In this document: positions 39,975 through 50,091 of the stretch, in pieces
Layout of the letters: the number at the start of each line of letters is the position of its first letter
Position numbering within the stretch: position 1 is the stretch's first letter
From: Candidatus Poribacteria bacterium
GTDB taxonomy: Bacteria > Poribacteria > WGA-4E > PCPOR2b
DNA: 64,000 nucleotides
Direction of reading: 5' to 3'
Assembly: GCA_965215015.1 (NCBI GenBank)
Contig: OZ244042.1
Location: 1,536,001-1,600,000 of the forward strand
Made by a program: the position numbers and the translations under genes
The notes under the pieces: generated by a model
Told to the model about the DNA's origin: nothing
Databases searched by the model: none
Seen by the model: the letters and a program-made list of their open reading frames with translations, nothing else

Positions 39975-40067
39975 ATCGATAGCAGCACCCACTCCAAGCA
40001 GCATGATTAGCTGAACCGTTGATATGAGTAAGTAGAAACCACTATAAAGACATAGCGGCGATGTCCT

Positions 40068-40808
40068 TTAAAATCCACGCGATAGTTCAATCTGATTGAA
40101 TGACATAATCTCCGGATGACCGTGCCCAGCAGAGACTTCTGCATTGCCGGGGCGTTTGCACAAACAAGTTTGCAGCCCGGCGGCGCGGGCTGCCTCTAAC
40201 TCAGCGGGTACATCACTCAAAAAAAGAATCTGCGGCGGCGGCAGACCAAAGCCTAGGGCAATTGCCCGGTAACTCGCTGTTTCTTTTTTTGATCCGGTAG
40301 TCGTATCGTAATGGTCTTGAAATAGGTGCAGCATGTTTCCAGCCACGGTATGCCTAAAAAACAACTTCTGCGCTGCAATGCTCCCGGAGGAAAAAATTCG
40401 GACATTACATCCGGCGTTGCTCCACGCTTGTATTGCAGGCAGGACATCGTCGTAGACGTGCGCCCGCATTTCGCCACTTTCAAAACCGGATTGCCAAATT
40501 AGGCCCTGAAGTGCTTTCAACCCCGTCGCTTTGACATCGCGGTCCATCAACCGAAGGACCTCTGCCCGGAGCAGTTGCTGCTGTTTACCTACTTCAATCT
40601 CGTTACCACACCACGTAACGAAAGATTCATAACCTACGTCTTTAGCAATCAGATCACACACCTCGTTCAATGCCGCCGATCCCCAATTCGTGCACAAGTA
40701 TTTATCTAATTCACGGCGCACGAAAGGGAACATCACATCGTAGACAAAGCGGACCGATGAGGTCGTGCCTTCGATATCGAGCAGGATTCCAGATCCGGAA
40801 AATTTCAT
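40068..40808 (-). CDS. mtnC: Enolase-phosphatase E1 (acireductone synthase)
   Basis: LLDIEGTT, KATGLKALQGLIW, SSGSIAAQKLFF and ILFLSD motifs. Confidence 0.9.
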   Translation of the reverse strand: MKFSGSGILLDIEGTTSSVRFVYDVMFPFVRRELDKYLCTNWGSAALNEVCDLIAKDVGYESFVTWCGNEIEVGKQQQLLRAEVLRLMDRDVKATGLKALQGLIWQSGFESGEMRAHVYDDVLPAIQAWSNAGCNVRIFSSGSIAAQKLFFRHTVAGNMLHLFQDHYDTTTGSKKETASYRAIALGFGLPPPQILFLSDVPAELEAARAAGLQTCLCKRPGNAEVSAGHGHPEIMSFNQIELSRGF

Positions 40809-41389
40809 CAGACTTGCACCACGGGCTCAATGTCGCTGGTAGAAGACAGGTAGGCCGGTCCCATGCAGACAGGTGTATAATTCTCATGGACGGGATTGTC
40901 AACATAGTGCGGTGTCCAACCCGACATGTCCTCAAACAAGCGGATGCAGCGGATGGTGCGGTCTTCGCACAGGTCAAACCAGTGCTGAGTCCCGGTTGGT
41001 ACGCTGATTAGGTCGCCGCTCTCCACCTGGATTGCAAATACAGGTGCATTATCTGGATGAATGTGAAAGAGGCCGCTGCCTTTGATAGTGAAGCGAACTT
41101 CATCCTCGCTGTGTGTGTGTTCTTTGTTGAACTTTGCCAACATGGCAGCCAAACCGGGCGTCTCTGGCGTGACATTAATTACATCCGCCGTCACAAACCC
41201 ACCCTGTTCCTTGAGGTGCTCGATTTCCGGGGCATAAGCGTCCAGAATTTCTTCGTTTGTCGCTTCGGGACTGATGCGCCTCTCTACCTCCCACTTTTCA
41301 TACGAGATGCCGAATGGCTTCAGAAATTCGATAATCTCTTGGTGATCGGTGATTTCTCGGTTTTCGTCTTGCACTCGAATACGAGCCAT
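40808..41389 (-). CDS. mtnD: Acireductone dioxygenase
   Basis: [25 protein letters not shown] and IRLF...GW motifs. Confidence 0.9.
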   Translation of the reverse strand: MARIRVQDENREITDHQEIIEFLKPFGISYEKWEVERRISPEATNEEILDAYAPEIEHLKEQGGFVTADVINVTPETPGLAAMLAKFNKEHTHSEDEVRFTIKGSGLFHIHPDNAPVFAIQVESGDLISVPTGTQHWFDLCEDRTIRCIRLFEDMSGWTPHYVDNPVHENYTPVCMGPAYLSSTSDIEPVVQV

Positions 41390-41409
41390 GATGCTCCTCC
41401 TTACCTGAG

Positions 41410-42087
41410 TTAAAGGTTGCTTGCTGAAACCCGCATCGCCCCGGCAAGTGTTAAATGCCGAGCGATGCATTCAAATAGAAACTCAAAAATTTCGATGTGT
41501 CGTTTCGCTTCGTCCAGATCGCATCCCCATGTATATAGACCGTGTCGCCGAATTAAAAATCCGTGCTGAATAGGAGGATCGGAATGCTCTAAGCATTGGC
41601 GAACCTGTTCGGCTAGCGCGGGGATATCTTGTGTATTATCAAAGACCGGCACCCACTCAGAATGCTCATGGGTCATTACGCCGGCAAGTCCTTTGAGCAT
41701 TTCATAACCTTCAATTCCAAAACCGTTGTCCAAAAAATAAAAATCTGAAAGCAGTGTCCCCCAGATGGAGTGTGTGTGCATCACCGCCCGGACATCAGGT
41801 TGTTCAGCAATAGCGATATGTAGTAGCGTCTCCGCAGATGCTTTCGGCTGATCAGCGACGATGGGGAGACCGTCGCCACCCACGCGCACAAAATCGTGTC
41901 GTGATAGGTTGCCTTTATCTTTTCCGCTTGCGGTAATTAGCAACTCCAGTGGCTCATGATAAATCACCACACTGTAATTACTACTGGTACCGAGCGACCA
42001 GCCACGAGTGTGAAACTGGTTGCCAACCTCGCGTAGCGCGTCTATCTCTTTTTCAAAACCCTTAAGAGGTGTCCCGGATAGATTCAA
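41410..42087 (-). CDS. mtnB: Methylthioribulose-1-phosphate dehydratase
   Basis: [31 protein letters not shown] and HGLYTWG motifs. Confidence 0.9.
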   Translation of the reverse strand: MNLSGTPLKGFEKEIDALREVGNQFHTRGWSLGTSSNYSVVIYHEPLELLITASGKDKGNLSRHDFVRVGGDGLPIVADQPKASAETLLHIAIAEQPDVRAVMHTHSIWGTLLSDFYFLDNGFGIEGYEMLKGLAGVMTHEHSEWVPVFDNTQDIPALAEQVRQCLEHSDPPIQHGFLIRRHGLYTWGCDLDEAKRHIEIFEFLFECIARHLTLAGAMRVSASNL

Positions 42088-42166
42088 GGCGTTCTCCCTA
42101 TGGCCTACGGTTACAAGATGTAATGCAGTGTTTTGGGCATTCTCTGTTTTTTCTTTGACAAAAAAA

Positions 42167-42266
42167 CAGGATTGGGTAAAATATTGTAACGCATTTCGCG
42201 AAAGACATCAACCGAAAGCAGCACCCGGAGAATGTGGGCAGGCGCGAAATCAAAGCATTTCTAATT
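42167..42266 (+). pseudogene. Possible integron-integrase N-terminal (SAM-like) fragment
   Basis: DWVKY..AF, then after a frameshift NRKQHPENVGRREIKAFL, resembling IntI W.KRFI.FH.KRHP..MG..EI.AFL. Confidence 0.4.
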
Positions 42267-42305
42267 ACCGAATTCATCATACAACCCTGAGTAGGAGATA
42301 ACATA

Positions 42306-43115
42306 ATGGACTTAACGCGACAGGACATCCACCACTTTCAGGAACAAGGGTATCTCGCCATTCCCGAATTTTTCTCTTCACGCGAGGTGAAAGCGATGCA
42401 GGTTGAGCTCGACCGCCTGTTTCGAGACGGCTTGTTGCGTAACGTCGCAACCGATGGGGACGGAAAAACACACTCAACCACACAGTTCAATTTCCAGATC
42501 TGCCCGATTTACCACAAGAGTCACTTCTTCAGGGCAATGCCGTTTGATCCTAAAATTATCAAAGCGGTAACACAACTCATCGGGGACCGGATTATCGAGC
42601 ATCTGGATCAGATTTTTTTGAAACCTCCCCATACTGGTTTACCTACCAATTGGCATCAAGACAACGCCTACTTTAGAATTAGCGATCCTTTGCGTGGCAC
42701 GGCAATGTGGACAGCTCTCCACGATGCGACGATTGCCAATGGGACGCTTCGCGTTATTCCCGGTTCTCATCGGGAACAGTATGAACACTCCCGCGACCCC
42801 CACAGCGATCATCACATCCGATGTTACCCTCCAGAGGAGCGCGCCGTATCCCTTGAGTTGCCCGCGGGAGGCGTCGCATTTTTCTGCTATGGCACCGCTC
42901 ATGCAACCGGTCACAACAATACCGCCAAACCGCGTGCCGGCTTGGCGATTCATTTCCTGCATACCGATTATGCTGAACCGCAGCTAGTGGAGGAAAATCG
43001 GACGACCCGTCCCTACTTGACAGGCATAGAAACAACCGGCGGTATCAAAGAGTATGGTGTCAAGGTTGAAGGAACCTGGGAGCAAGAAGTGGCCCGTGTG
43101 CTCGCCTCTGATTGA
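42306..43115 (+). CDS. PhyH-family dioxygenase
   Basis: NWHQDNAY, NGTLRVIPGSH and HAT..N...R motifs. Confidence 0.9.
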   Translation: MDLTRQDIHHFQEQGYLAIPEFFSSREVKAMQVELDRLFRDGLLRNVATDGDGKTHSTTQFNFQICPIYHKSHFFRAMPFDPKIIKAVTQLIGDRIIEHLDQIFLKPPHTGLPTNWHQDNAYFRISDPLRGTAMWTALHDATIANGTLRVIPGSHREQYEHSRDPHSDHHIRCYPPEERAVSLELPAGGVAFFCYGTAHATGHNNTAKPRAGLAIHFLHTDYAEPQLVEENRTTRPYLTGIETTGGIKEYGVKVEGTWEQEVARVLASD

Positions 43116-43361
43116 AACTATAGCGGCACCTATGTAGCGATGTCTGTCCACCTGGATCTGAATCGAGCCTGTAATCCTGTGGCGCAACATTGCTGGTATC
43201 TGATATTGCACAAACAAGACACACGGATAGAGCAATTGAACCAGCTACTTGCTATGCAGACAAAGCAAAATAGCCAATTATAGCACAACTGCCACTACCT
43301 CGTTAAACGATAGTAGAGCGTATCGGAAAACTATTCACAAAGTTCAAGACTCACGGGGCAT

Positions 43362-43432
43362 AAAAAAAAGGGTATCTTAGGCGGATTGTTAGCGGCTTGA
43401 AGCCGTAAGCTAACAATCTCCCAAGACACCCC
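43362..43432 (-). terminator. Long-stem intrinsic terminator
   Basis: GGGTGTCTTGGGAGATTGTTAGC...GCTAACAATCCGCCTAAGATACCC followed by T8 on the minus strand. Confidence 0.7.
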
Positions 43433-43456
43433 CTTGTTCTCATACTGTTGGGATTG

Positions 43457-43782
43457 CTACAGTGCATCATCGGGATGAGTATGACCCGAAGACACATCAC
43501 CAGAAGGTGCCCCTCGACGCTCCCGCTCAAATCGACGAGCCTCTTCAGGGTCAGACTTCTTCAGACGACGAAGCCCTTCCTCCGTGCCGTACTGGTCTAT
43601 CAACTGTTGCGCCTTATCGGTATTGTGGAAAGGGTTGTGGGGCTGTGGTTTATGGAATAGCCAATCGCACCCCCAGGCATCTGCCTCTACCTTATCGGCT
43701 TGAAAAACGGCTATCACCAAAAAACACCAGTTAAAACAACGACAAGTAAAAGTATTGCTGTGAACCTTCGGGCAGTCAACAT
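43457..43782 (-). pseudogene. Secreted small protein, frameshifted in a T6 tract
   Basis: SD AGGAG plus ATG at 43782 gives MLTARRFTAILLLVVVLTGVF; one extra T at 43719-43724 continues LVIAVFQADKVEA-DAWGC...QYGTEEGLRRLK. Confidence 0.6.
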
Positions 43783-43811
43783 AAAAACATCTCCTGTAAG
43801 TAACGAGAAAT

Positions 43812-43854
43812 AAAAAAAGGGGAGTGTCCAAATAATTCCGTTAAAGACACTCCC
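43812..43854 (-). terminator. Terminator-like hairpin in the leader between the sigma remnant and the cargo gene
   Basis: GGGAGTGTC-loop-GACACTCCC-C-TTTTTTT. Confidence 0.65.
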
Positions 43855-43947
43855 TAGTCTGTAGCGTTTGCGCTACCATTCCGCATGAGCCTATTATTTT
43901 TCAGGATAGTCCCTCGGATATTTTTCAGGACAGTCCCTCGGACCGCC

Positions 43948-44240
43948 TCAAACCATCGTTTTACTCGATGAGTAAAGGTAGGCTCTTTTCAATTTAGCAA
44001 GTGCTGTATTGATGATTTGACTCACGCGCCCCTTCGTCACACCAAGGACTTCGGCTATCTCAACTGCCGTGAAACCCTCAAAAAATTTCAACTTCAAGAC
44101 CGTCCGTTCCTGCTTGGACAAACGCCCTAGAAGCTGTGGAAGCAACCGCTCGAATTGCTCAACAACCCTGCGAATCACCTGTTCATTAACGCCTTCACAT
44201 TGACGCGCATCGGCTACCAACCCATCAACCAATGGATTGG
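43948..44240 (-). pseudogene. 5'-truncated second copy of the FliA-like sigma factor (region 4 only)
   Basis: NPLVDGLVADA...GVTKGRVSQI...AKLKRAYLYSSS is near-identical to the C-terminal half of 15278-15946, with the same 3' hairpin. Confidence 0.85.
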
Positions 44241-44251
44241 GCGGTTCAAAT

Positions 44252-44524
44252 TCATGTTTTTTTTTGGAGTTGGGCAATGGAAAATTCCCAACTCCTTTCT
44301 GGTATCTTCAATTCAGGGTTGTTGACCACATCAGACAGATCTTCATCGTCATCGTCCTCAGTCCAGTGCATAAACTCGCTTTCCGCTTGCTGTTGTTCTG
44401 CCAGTACTAGCTGCGTCTCTGCCTCTACCAGTTCAATGTCGATTTCATAAAGCTCTTCAGCATCAGACAGATCTTTATCCTCCACCTCTGGCCAGCGAGG
44501 GGTGATTGGCTTTTTGCTTTTCAT
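44252..44524 (-). CDS. Small highly acidic hypothetical protein (possibly fused to sigma region 4 across an A9 tract)
   Basis: 90-aa E/D-rich ORF that ends just after the A9 run at 44257-44265. Confidence 0.45.
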   Translation of the reverse strand: MKSKKPITPRWPEVEDKDLSDAEELYEIDIELVEAETQLVLAEQQQAESEFMHWTEDDDDEDLSDVVNNPELKIPERSWEFSIAQLQKKT

Positions 44525-44672
44525 CGCTAATTTCCTGAATCGCTATGCTCCCTCAAGCAGTCATAGAACGCTGTATCCGCGCTTGCTGCTTTTTTTTCTA
44601 TAGCTGGATTCGTGTGCCCCTATAAATCTTGGGGATACACCCATAAAGGATTTTTGATAACCTACTTATACA

Positions 44673-44982
44673 TTAACCGGCACTTAAACAGTTGCTTGGA
44701 CATGGTTCATCTACATAGAAATAGTCCCCATATGTCGTACTCAGGAGCGTATTAATCTGCCAAATGTTGTAATCACCACAATATTCCCAGGTCTCGAAAT
44801 ACGCGGTAACGTACCAGTGCCAGTTGATTCTTTGATACTTGACACGTTGGGCATATTCTCCACTAGTATAACATTGCCAGGTGTTGGAACTAGAAACTTC
44901 ACCTGCTCCTCGTGTGGTTATATAATCTGAGGCTGTGCCTTCCTCCAATAAGTTATCATCGCAATAGGAGGGAGGCCACTTG
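44673..44982 (-). pseudogene. 5'-truncated Cys/Tyr/Trp-rich protein fragment
   Basis: Open frame with secreted-protein-like composition, no signal peptide, abutting the integrase fragment. Confidence 0.4.
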
Positions 44983-45126
44983 TGTAATTTCATCAACGAC
45001 CGGAAATCTCCCCTGCTTGCGGGGGAAAAAGGGGGTATTCCTTTCCAGCCATTTGACCGCTGAGATGGTTTGGCTAATCGTTGCTGGTGACTTGCCCTGT
45101 TGGTGCAGGGGCGTGATGTATTCCGC
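44983..45126 (-). pseudogene. Tyrosine recombinase N-terminal (SAM-like) fragment
   Basis: AEYITPLHQQGKSPATISQTISAVKW resembles the integrase core-binding motif Y...L...GKSPATI....A. Confidence 0.55.
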
Positions 45127-45282
45127 TATCACATACTCGCTATTATAACCGTCAATCAACGCTTCAGCGCAAGTGAGGTCGTGCTGTTGACCTGCTGTCA
45201 ATATAAAGCGGAATGGATAACCTAAGCCATCAACAGCGATGTGAATTTTGGTTGAAAATCCACCCCGACTGCGTCCTAGTGC
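45123..45282 (-). mobile_element. IS5-family transposase internal fragment
   Basis: ALGRSRGGFSTKIHIAVDGLGYPFRFILTAGQQHDLTCAEALIDG...VIA is the classic IS5 signature. Confidence 0.85.
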
Positions 45283-45286
45283 TTAC

Positions 45287-46195
45287 TCAAATCGTAGGCT
45301 TCACCGAAAAAACTCGGTTTCTGAGTCTTTTCCCACCAAGGTCGCAACTCAGGTTATTTTTATGCCCTCGTTGCTTCAATTGACGGATGAAATCAACCTC
45401 AAGCTGCCGGTTATGTTCGATCGTCCACTTCCTTGCATCACTCCGATTGCCTAAATAGAAGCGCGAACCTACCAAGCAAATCCCCACCGCATCCACATAA
45501 CGTTCCTCACGTATTGAATCCACTAATAGATAGAGCACAACTGCATTGATTGCACTGGAGATTAACCCGTCTTCCAGCTTGCCGGCGTAAATCTGTCCAG
45601 TCCCCGGCAGAACGGTGGACATCCATTGAGCCAGCCGGGGAGACTTGAAGGGCAGGGGGGTGTTTGTATAAGTTATGTCAGCAAGCTGAGCGGAAACTTG
45701 ACTGAGCGGAGTATCTGGTTGAAGCTGTTCGACTGTGCGGAACTCCGCTATCGCTTTAAACCAAGCCTGCTCATGAATATAACACCAACCCCGTAGGTAT
45801 CGTGCCTGTGCTGCTGTCTCCCCGCCCGCGTCTGCACTAGCAATCTGAAAAAAAGTCGATCTGGCAGTCGAATAGTTTTTGGCATCAAAGTCCGTCCTGC
45901 CGAGCATCAATTGCGCCTGAAGGTAAAGCGGGGTATTGAGAGAATTTTGCTTAATTTCCTCGAACTTCTGCCGAGCCAATTCTCGGTTCCCTTGATGATA
46001 ATAGCTCAATCCAATCCGGTAACGCGCACGGTCTGCCTTAGCTGTGTTAGGTTGATAAAAAAGCAACCGCTTGTATTCGAGGATTGCGGAGCGATAAGCG
46101 CGTTGCTCGAAAAGATGATCGGCATAAAGGGATTGACGCATCTCAAATTGGGGTTGAACGATGGTAAGCAGGGAAACTAAAAAGTAAGAGAGCAT
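45287..46195 (-). CDS. TPR protein (BamD/YbgF-like) with C-terminal LPGxGQIY membrane segment
   Basis: TPR helices; KSPRLAQWMSTVLPGTGQIYAG. Confidence 0.75.
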   Translation of the reverse strand: MLSYFLVSLLTIVQPQFEMRQSLYADHLFEQRAYRSAILEYKRLLFYQPNTAKADRARYRIGLSYYHQGNRELARQKFEEIKQNSLNTPLYLQAQLMLGRTDFDAKNYSTARSTFFQIASADAGGETAAQARYLRGWCYIHEQAWFKAIAEFRTVEQLQPDTPLSQVSAQLADITYTNTPLPFKSPRLAQWMSTVLPGTGQIYAGKLEDGLISSAINAVVLYLLVDSIREERYVDAVGICLVGSRFYLGNRSDARKWTIEHNRQLEVDFIRQLKQRGHKNNLSCDLGGKRLRNRVFSVKPTI

Positions 46196-46278
46196 CGACA
46201 AATCCCCCAACGAAAAGTGGTTGAGAATGGGAAGGAGGGCTGGTAGATAATTCGTTCCTCCAATCGCGCTCACAGATG

Positions 46279-47226
46279 CTAAAAGCGAGCACCTAACAAC
46301 ACAAGGACTATATCGGATGGCTGTCGATCTGAAGTGCTGAACAGATCGGATTCAGAAATCTGTCTTCGGAGTCCATCTCGGAGCTGATTTTCGTATTGAT
46401 GGTTAAAAGTCTTCGCGGACTGCAAGCTATCATAAACGTTGTTAAAATAAAAAAATAGTCCGATGATACCCAGCGGAATCGCAACCTCGTAGCGTTCCTG
46501 ATGGGTATAGTAAGCTGTTCCCGCAGCAGTCGTACCGACGGTCAATAGGGAAGACACTCCCGCCGAATAACGCCCACTATAAACTTGTCCAAGCCCCGGG
46601 AAAAATGTCGAAAGTAAGCCAGCGGTAATAGGAGACCGGCGGGGAAGCGATTCTGCCTGTTGAGCTATACGTATTAATTGATCGCTCATTTCCGCGAAGG
46701 GTGTTTGTGAGTATGTCGTCCGAATCTGCTTCCACTCCTGTACTGCAGCTGTCCAATCTTTTTTGTCCATATAGATTGTTGCAATAATAAACTGTGCACG
46801 GGGTGCTAACTTGCTCTCTGGATAGTCCGATAAGAATTGCCGGAGCGATGCAATTGGTGCGGTTTGATTGCCACTCAGAAGCTGGCATTGTGCGATATTT
46901 GATCGGGCACGTTCGACGAATGGGCTTTGTGGATAGTTCTGGATTAATGATTGATAAGCTTCTATTGCCGTGTTCAAACGCCCAGCATTCTGATATGCCG
47001 CAGCGATATGGAGTTGAACAAAGTCTGCTTGGGTTGTATTCGGGTAAAGGAACAGGTAACGTTGATATTCATGCACAGCATTCAGGTAGTCCCTTTCTCG
47101 AAAGAGGGATTGCGCGAAACCCAATAGATTATCAGCATTAACGTTTTGTGAATGGACAGGGGGAGATATGAATAGAGGGAGACAGCAGGAATACCAACAG
47201 AGGAGTAAAAAAAATCTCAATTTCAT
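46279..47226 (-). CDS. Exported TPR protein (BamD/YbgF-like), paralog of the downstream gene
   Basis: Signal peptide; YP.S..A..A TPR-type repeats; RSPITAGLLSTFFPGLGQVYSG. Confidence 0.75.
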   Translation of the reverse strand: MKLRFFLLLCWYSCCLPLFISPPVHSQNVNADNLLGFAQSLFRERDYLNAVHEYQRYLFLYPNTTQADFVQLHIAAAYQNAGRLNTAIEAYQSLIQNYPQSPFVERARSNIAQCQLLSGNQTAPIASLRQFLSDYPESKLAPRAQFIIATIYMDKKDWTAAVQEWKQIRTTYSQTPFAEMSDQLIRIAQQAESLPRRSPITAGLLSTFFPGLGQVYSGRYSAGVSSLLTVGTTAAGTAYYTHQERYEVAIPLGIIGLFFYFNNVYDSLQSAKTFNHQYENQLRDGLRRQISESDLFSTSDRQPSDIVLVLLGARF

Positions 47227-47320
47227 ATGGGTATTAGAGTAAACAGTTTACCGGGAGAAAGTTCCGGCTCAGCTTGAGGGTCGAAGGCGTGTGCTTTTAT
47301 TAATTCAGTCGAGCACCCCC

Positions 47321-47992
47321 TCAACCTGACGAAGCTGCTTGGCGTAAGACGTGGATTGCGCGCTGGAGATTATCACCCCCGAAAATTGCGGTGCCAGCCA
47401 CTAAAATTGTTGCGCCGCAACGCCCAACCAACGCGGCGGTTTCTTGGTTGATTCCACCATCAACTTCGATTGCGACGTTCAGTTTTCGAGTTTGAATCAG
47501 CTGCGAGAGTCTGTCAATTTTATCGAGCGTGTCCATTTGGAACGACTGCCCACCGAATCCCGGTTCAACACTCATTGGCAGAACCAAGTCAATATCACTG
47601 AGATAGGGTTCGACCGCTGTTACGGGTGTCTTGGGACGCAGAGCGATGCCAACTTTGACATCACAGTTTTTAATTTCATCGATAATCATCGGGAATTGTT
47701 CCGCTAGTTCAATGTGAACGGTGATAAGATCTGCGCCCGCATCAACGAAGGCATCAATATACGCCTGCGGTTTAGTGATCATTAGATGCACATCAAAGGG
47801 CAGATCCGTATAGGACCGGATTGACTTAATCAGCTGAGGTCCCATTGTTAAATTCGGGACGAAGTGCCCATCCATCACATCAAGGTGGATAAGGTCTGCC
47901 CCTGCTTCAGCCACTCGGCAAACCTCCTCACCGATTCGGCTAAAATCTGACGCAAGCATGGAGGGTGCGATCATAATTTTTCGTTCCAACAA
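47321..47992 (-). CDS. rpe: Ribulose-phosphate 3-epimerase
   Basis: IAPSML, HLDVMDGHFVPNLT, DVHLMI, MSVEPGFGGQ and EVDGGIN motifs. Confidence 0.95.
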   Translation of the reverse strand: MLERKIMIAPSMLASDFSRIGEEVCRVAEAGADLIHLDVMDGHFVPNLTMGPQLIKSIRSYTDLPFDVHLMITKPQAYIDAFVDAGADLITVHIELAEQFPMIIDEIKNCDVKVGIALRPKTPVTAVEPYLSDIDLVLPMSVEPGFGGQSFQMDTLDKIDRLSQLIQTRKLNVAIEVDGGINQETAALVGRCGATILVAGTAIFGGDNLQRAIHVLRQAASSG

Positions 47993-48065
47993 TTGCTCAC
48001 CTCACAATGTCCATCTAATTTTTGCCAATCCTATCCATTTTGTGGTGAAAACCGTTACATCTTGC

Positions 48066-49049
48066 CTACCAATCAAACTCCTGCCTTTTGACTAGCACGT
48101 TGCCTTCGTAGATTCGTATTATTGCGTTACCCACAACGCGCATCGGTGGCCTCTCGACCAGCGTACCGGCCTGATACAATCCATCAACAACCGTGATTAA
48201 CCTTTCGCGTTCATCCTCAACGACAATCCGTACCCGTTTGTGAGACGCACCGGTTGATGAAACTCTATGTTTTATTTCCAAATAACCTCCCCTGTCTGCT
48301 CTCCTTAGCTGTGATCCGCTAATTTCAAAATTGACAGTCTGCCCAACCCGCAGCAGTTCATCCATCCTCGGCTGATGACTGATAATCTCACCTTGATCAA
48401 TTTCCGGGTGTGGTCTATAAACCAATTCACCGATTTGGAGTCCATGTGATACAAGTAAGGAACGTGCCTCATCAATTGGCATAGAGCGGAGGTCGGGCAT
48501 TCGCAACACTTTTGAGCGGATACCTAAGCTTAACAGCAAATGAACTTCGCTGTCATACGGGTGCAGCGTAGCTGCCTGAGGGGTTTGTGCGATAACAGTA
48601 TTGACCTCTGGATACTGATCGGTGTGGACCGCTGCAACCCGTCCCCGCCGCAATCCAGCGTCTGTGAGTAACAGCTCGGCATCGTTCAGTAACCTCCCTG
48701 TAACATTAGGTATCGGAACTTTTTCACTACCCGAACTCAAAGTAAGCCGAACGGGTTTGTTCAATTTAATCTTGAAATTCGCCGATGGCTCTTGCTCAAT
48801 CACTTGCCCCTCTGGAAACTCGGAGCTCGGTTTCTGTTCCTGCACTGGATCAACTACCAATCCTGTGCTATTAATAAGCTGCACTGCTTGTTGATAACTT
48901 TGTCCTATTAGGTTGGGCACAGCAACTTCCGGGGGGCGGACTTGACGCGGGATGAACCAAAAGAGAAAAACCAACCCAATAACACCAATCACCCCGAAAC
49001 AAATTAGCGCGACTTTGATGACAGCAAATAATATGGCATTTCGGCGCAT
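48066..49049 (-). CDS. Membrane-anchored PASTA-domain protein (three PASTA repeats)
   Basis: VPNLIG, IPNVTG and MPDLRS repeats with G.VI.Q.P. Confidence 0.85.
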   Translation of the reverse strand: MRRNAILFAVIKVALICFGVIGVIGLVFLFWFIPRQVRPPEVAVPNLIGQSYQQAVQLINSTGLVVDPVQEQKPSSEFPEGQVIEQEPSANFKIKLNKPVRLTLSSGSEKVPIPNVTGRLLNDAELLLTDAGLRRGRVAAVHTDQYPEVNTVIAQTPQAATLHPYDSEVHLLLSLGIRSKVLRMPDLRSMPIDEARSLLVSHGLQIGELVYRPHPEIDQGEIISHQPRMDELLRVGQTVNFEISGSQLRRADRGGYLEIKHRVSSTGASHKRVRIVVEDERERLITVVDGLYQAGTLVERPPMRVVGNAIIRIYEGNVLVKRQEFDW

Positions 49050-49059
49050 ATTCGACCTA

Positions 49060-50091
49060 TTAATCTATTGACGTTTCTCTATGAAAGAGTCGATCGCCTG
49101 TTTTCACCCGATACCCGTTTATAAAGGCACGAGCGTCTATTTCCTTTTTGTTTGCAGGTTGGACGCGATCTAACCGTAAGTGCTTGTCTCCCGATCCGTT
49201 GGGGTTATTTGGTCGCTCAATCTTATCTGGGGCACCCTTTCCGGTAAAGACGATAAGTTCTTTATCAGACGTGACTTCGATTGTACCGTTGGGCAGTCCC
49301 GCAGCATTCAGATAATCGATAACAGTACAAGCCATTACTTTTAGACGGAGGTCATCACCTGTAGGGGCCTTGTCTGTTTTTAGCCACGTATACGCACCAG
49401 GCCAAATTGAGACGCCACGCACCAGATTACGAATCTTATCTGCCGGCTGATTCCAATCAATTAGACCCACCTCCTTGGCGAGTCGGGGAGCATGGGTTGC
49501 TCGGACATGATCTTGGGGTTGATGCGGCGGTGGACCATCTGAGATACGCTCTAACGCCTGAATCAACAAGGCTGGTGCCAGATTCGCCAATCGGGCTGAA
49601 AGGGTGGCGGCATCATCCGAGGCATCAATTGGCAGACTGTTTTGCAGAATAATATCTCCTGTATCTTCCCCTTCATCAAGTAGCATAATCGTGACGCCTG
49701 TTTCCGTTTCACCGTTAATGAGTGCCCATTGAATTGGAGCGGCACCTCGATATTTCGGGAGGCACGAAGGGTGCACATTGAGGCAGCCATAAGGCGGCAG
49801 TCCTAACACCCCTTTAGGAAGAATCTGACCGAAGGCAACAACGACAATTACGTCGGGCCGAAGTTCTTTGAGTGCTTGAACAGAATCACGATGTCGAACC
49901 CGCTCTGGTTGATAAATTGGGAGATTGTGTGCAGCGGCGACAACCTTAACGGGGGTTGGGGTAAGTCGCTTCCCTCTACCACGTGGACGGTCTGGTTGTG
50001 TTACAACACCAACGATCTCAAACCGCGCCGCAATCAATTTTTCTAAGCTCGGGACAGCAAATTCACTTGTTCCCATGAAGAGAATCTTCAT
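49060..50091 (-). CDS. fmt: Methionyl-tRNA formyltransferase
   Basis: FMGTSEFA, VVTQPDRPRGRG and NVHPSCLPKYRGAAPIQ motifs. Confidence 0.95.
   Translation of the reverse strand: MKILFMGTSEFAVPSLEKLIAARFEIVGVVTQPDRPRGRGKRLTPTPVKVVAAAHNLPIYQPERVRHRDSVQALKELRPDVIVVVAFGQILPKGVLGLPPYGCLNVHPSCLPKYRGAAPIQWALINGETETGVTIMLLDEGEDTGDIILQNSLPIDASDDAATLSARLANLAPALLIQALERISDGPPPHQPQDHVRATHAPRLAKEVGLIDWNQPADKIRNLVRGVSIWPGAYTWLKTDKAPTGDDLRLKVMACTVIDYLNAAGLPNGTIEVTSDKELIVFTGKGAPDKIERPNNPNGSGDKHLRLDRVQPANKKEIDARAFINGYRVKTGDRLFHRETSID

Noticed and set aside
42088-42305. SAM riboswitch upstream of mtnBDC
   Set aside because: No SAM-I core motifs (ATCAAGAG...GAGGGA...GGCAACC) are recognisable on the minus strand
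48066-49049. PASTA protein without a kinase domain as a novelty
   Set aside because: Stand-alone PASTA proteins beside fmt and rpe are a familiar arrangement
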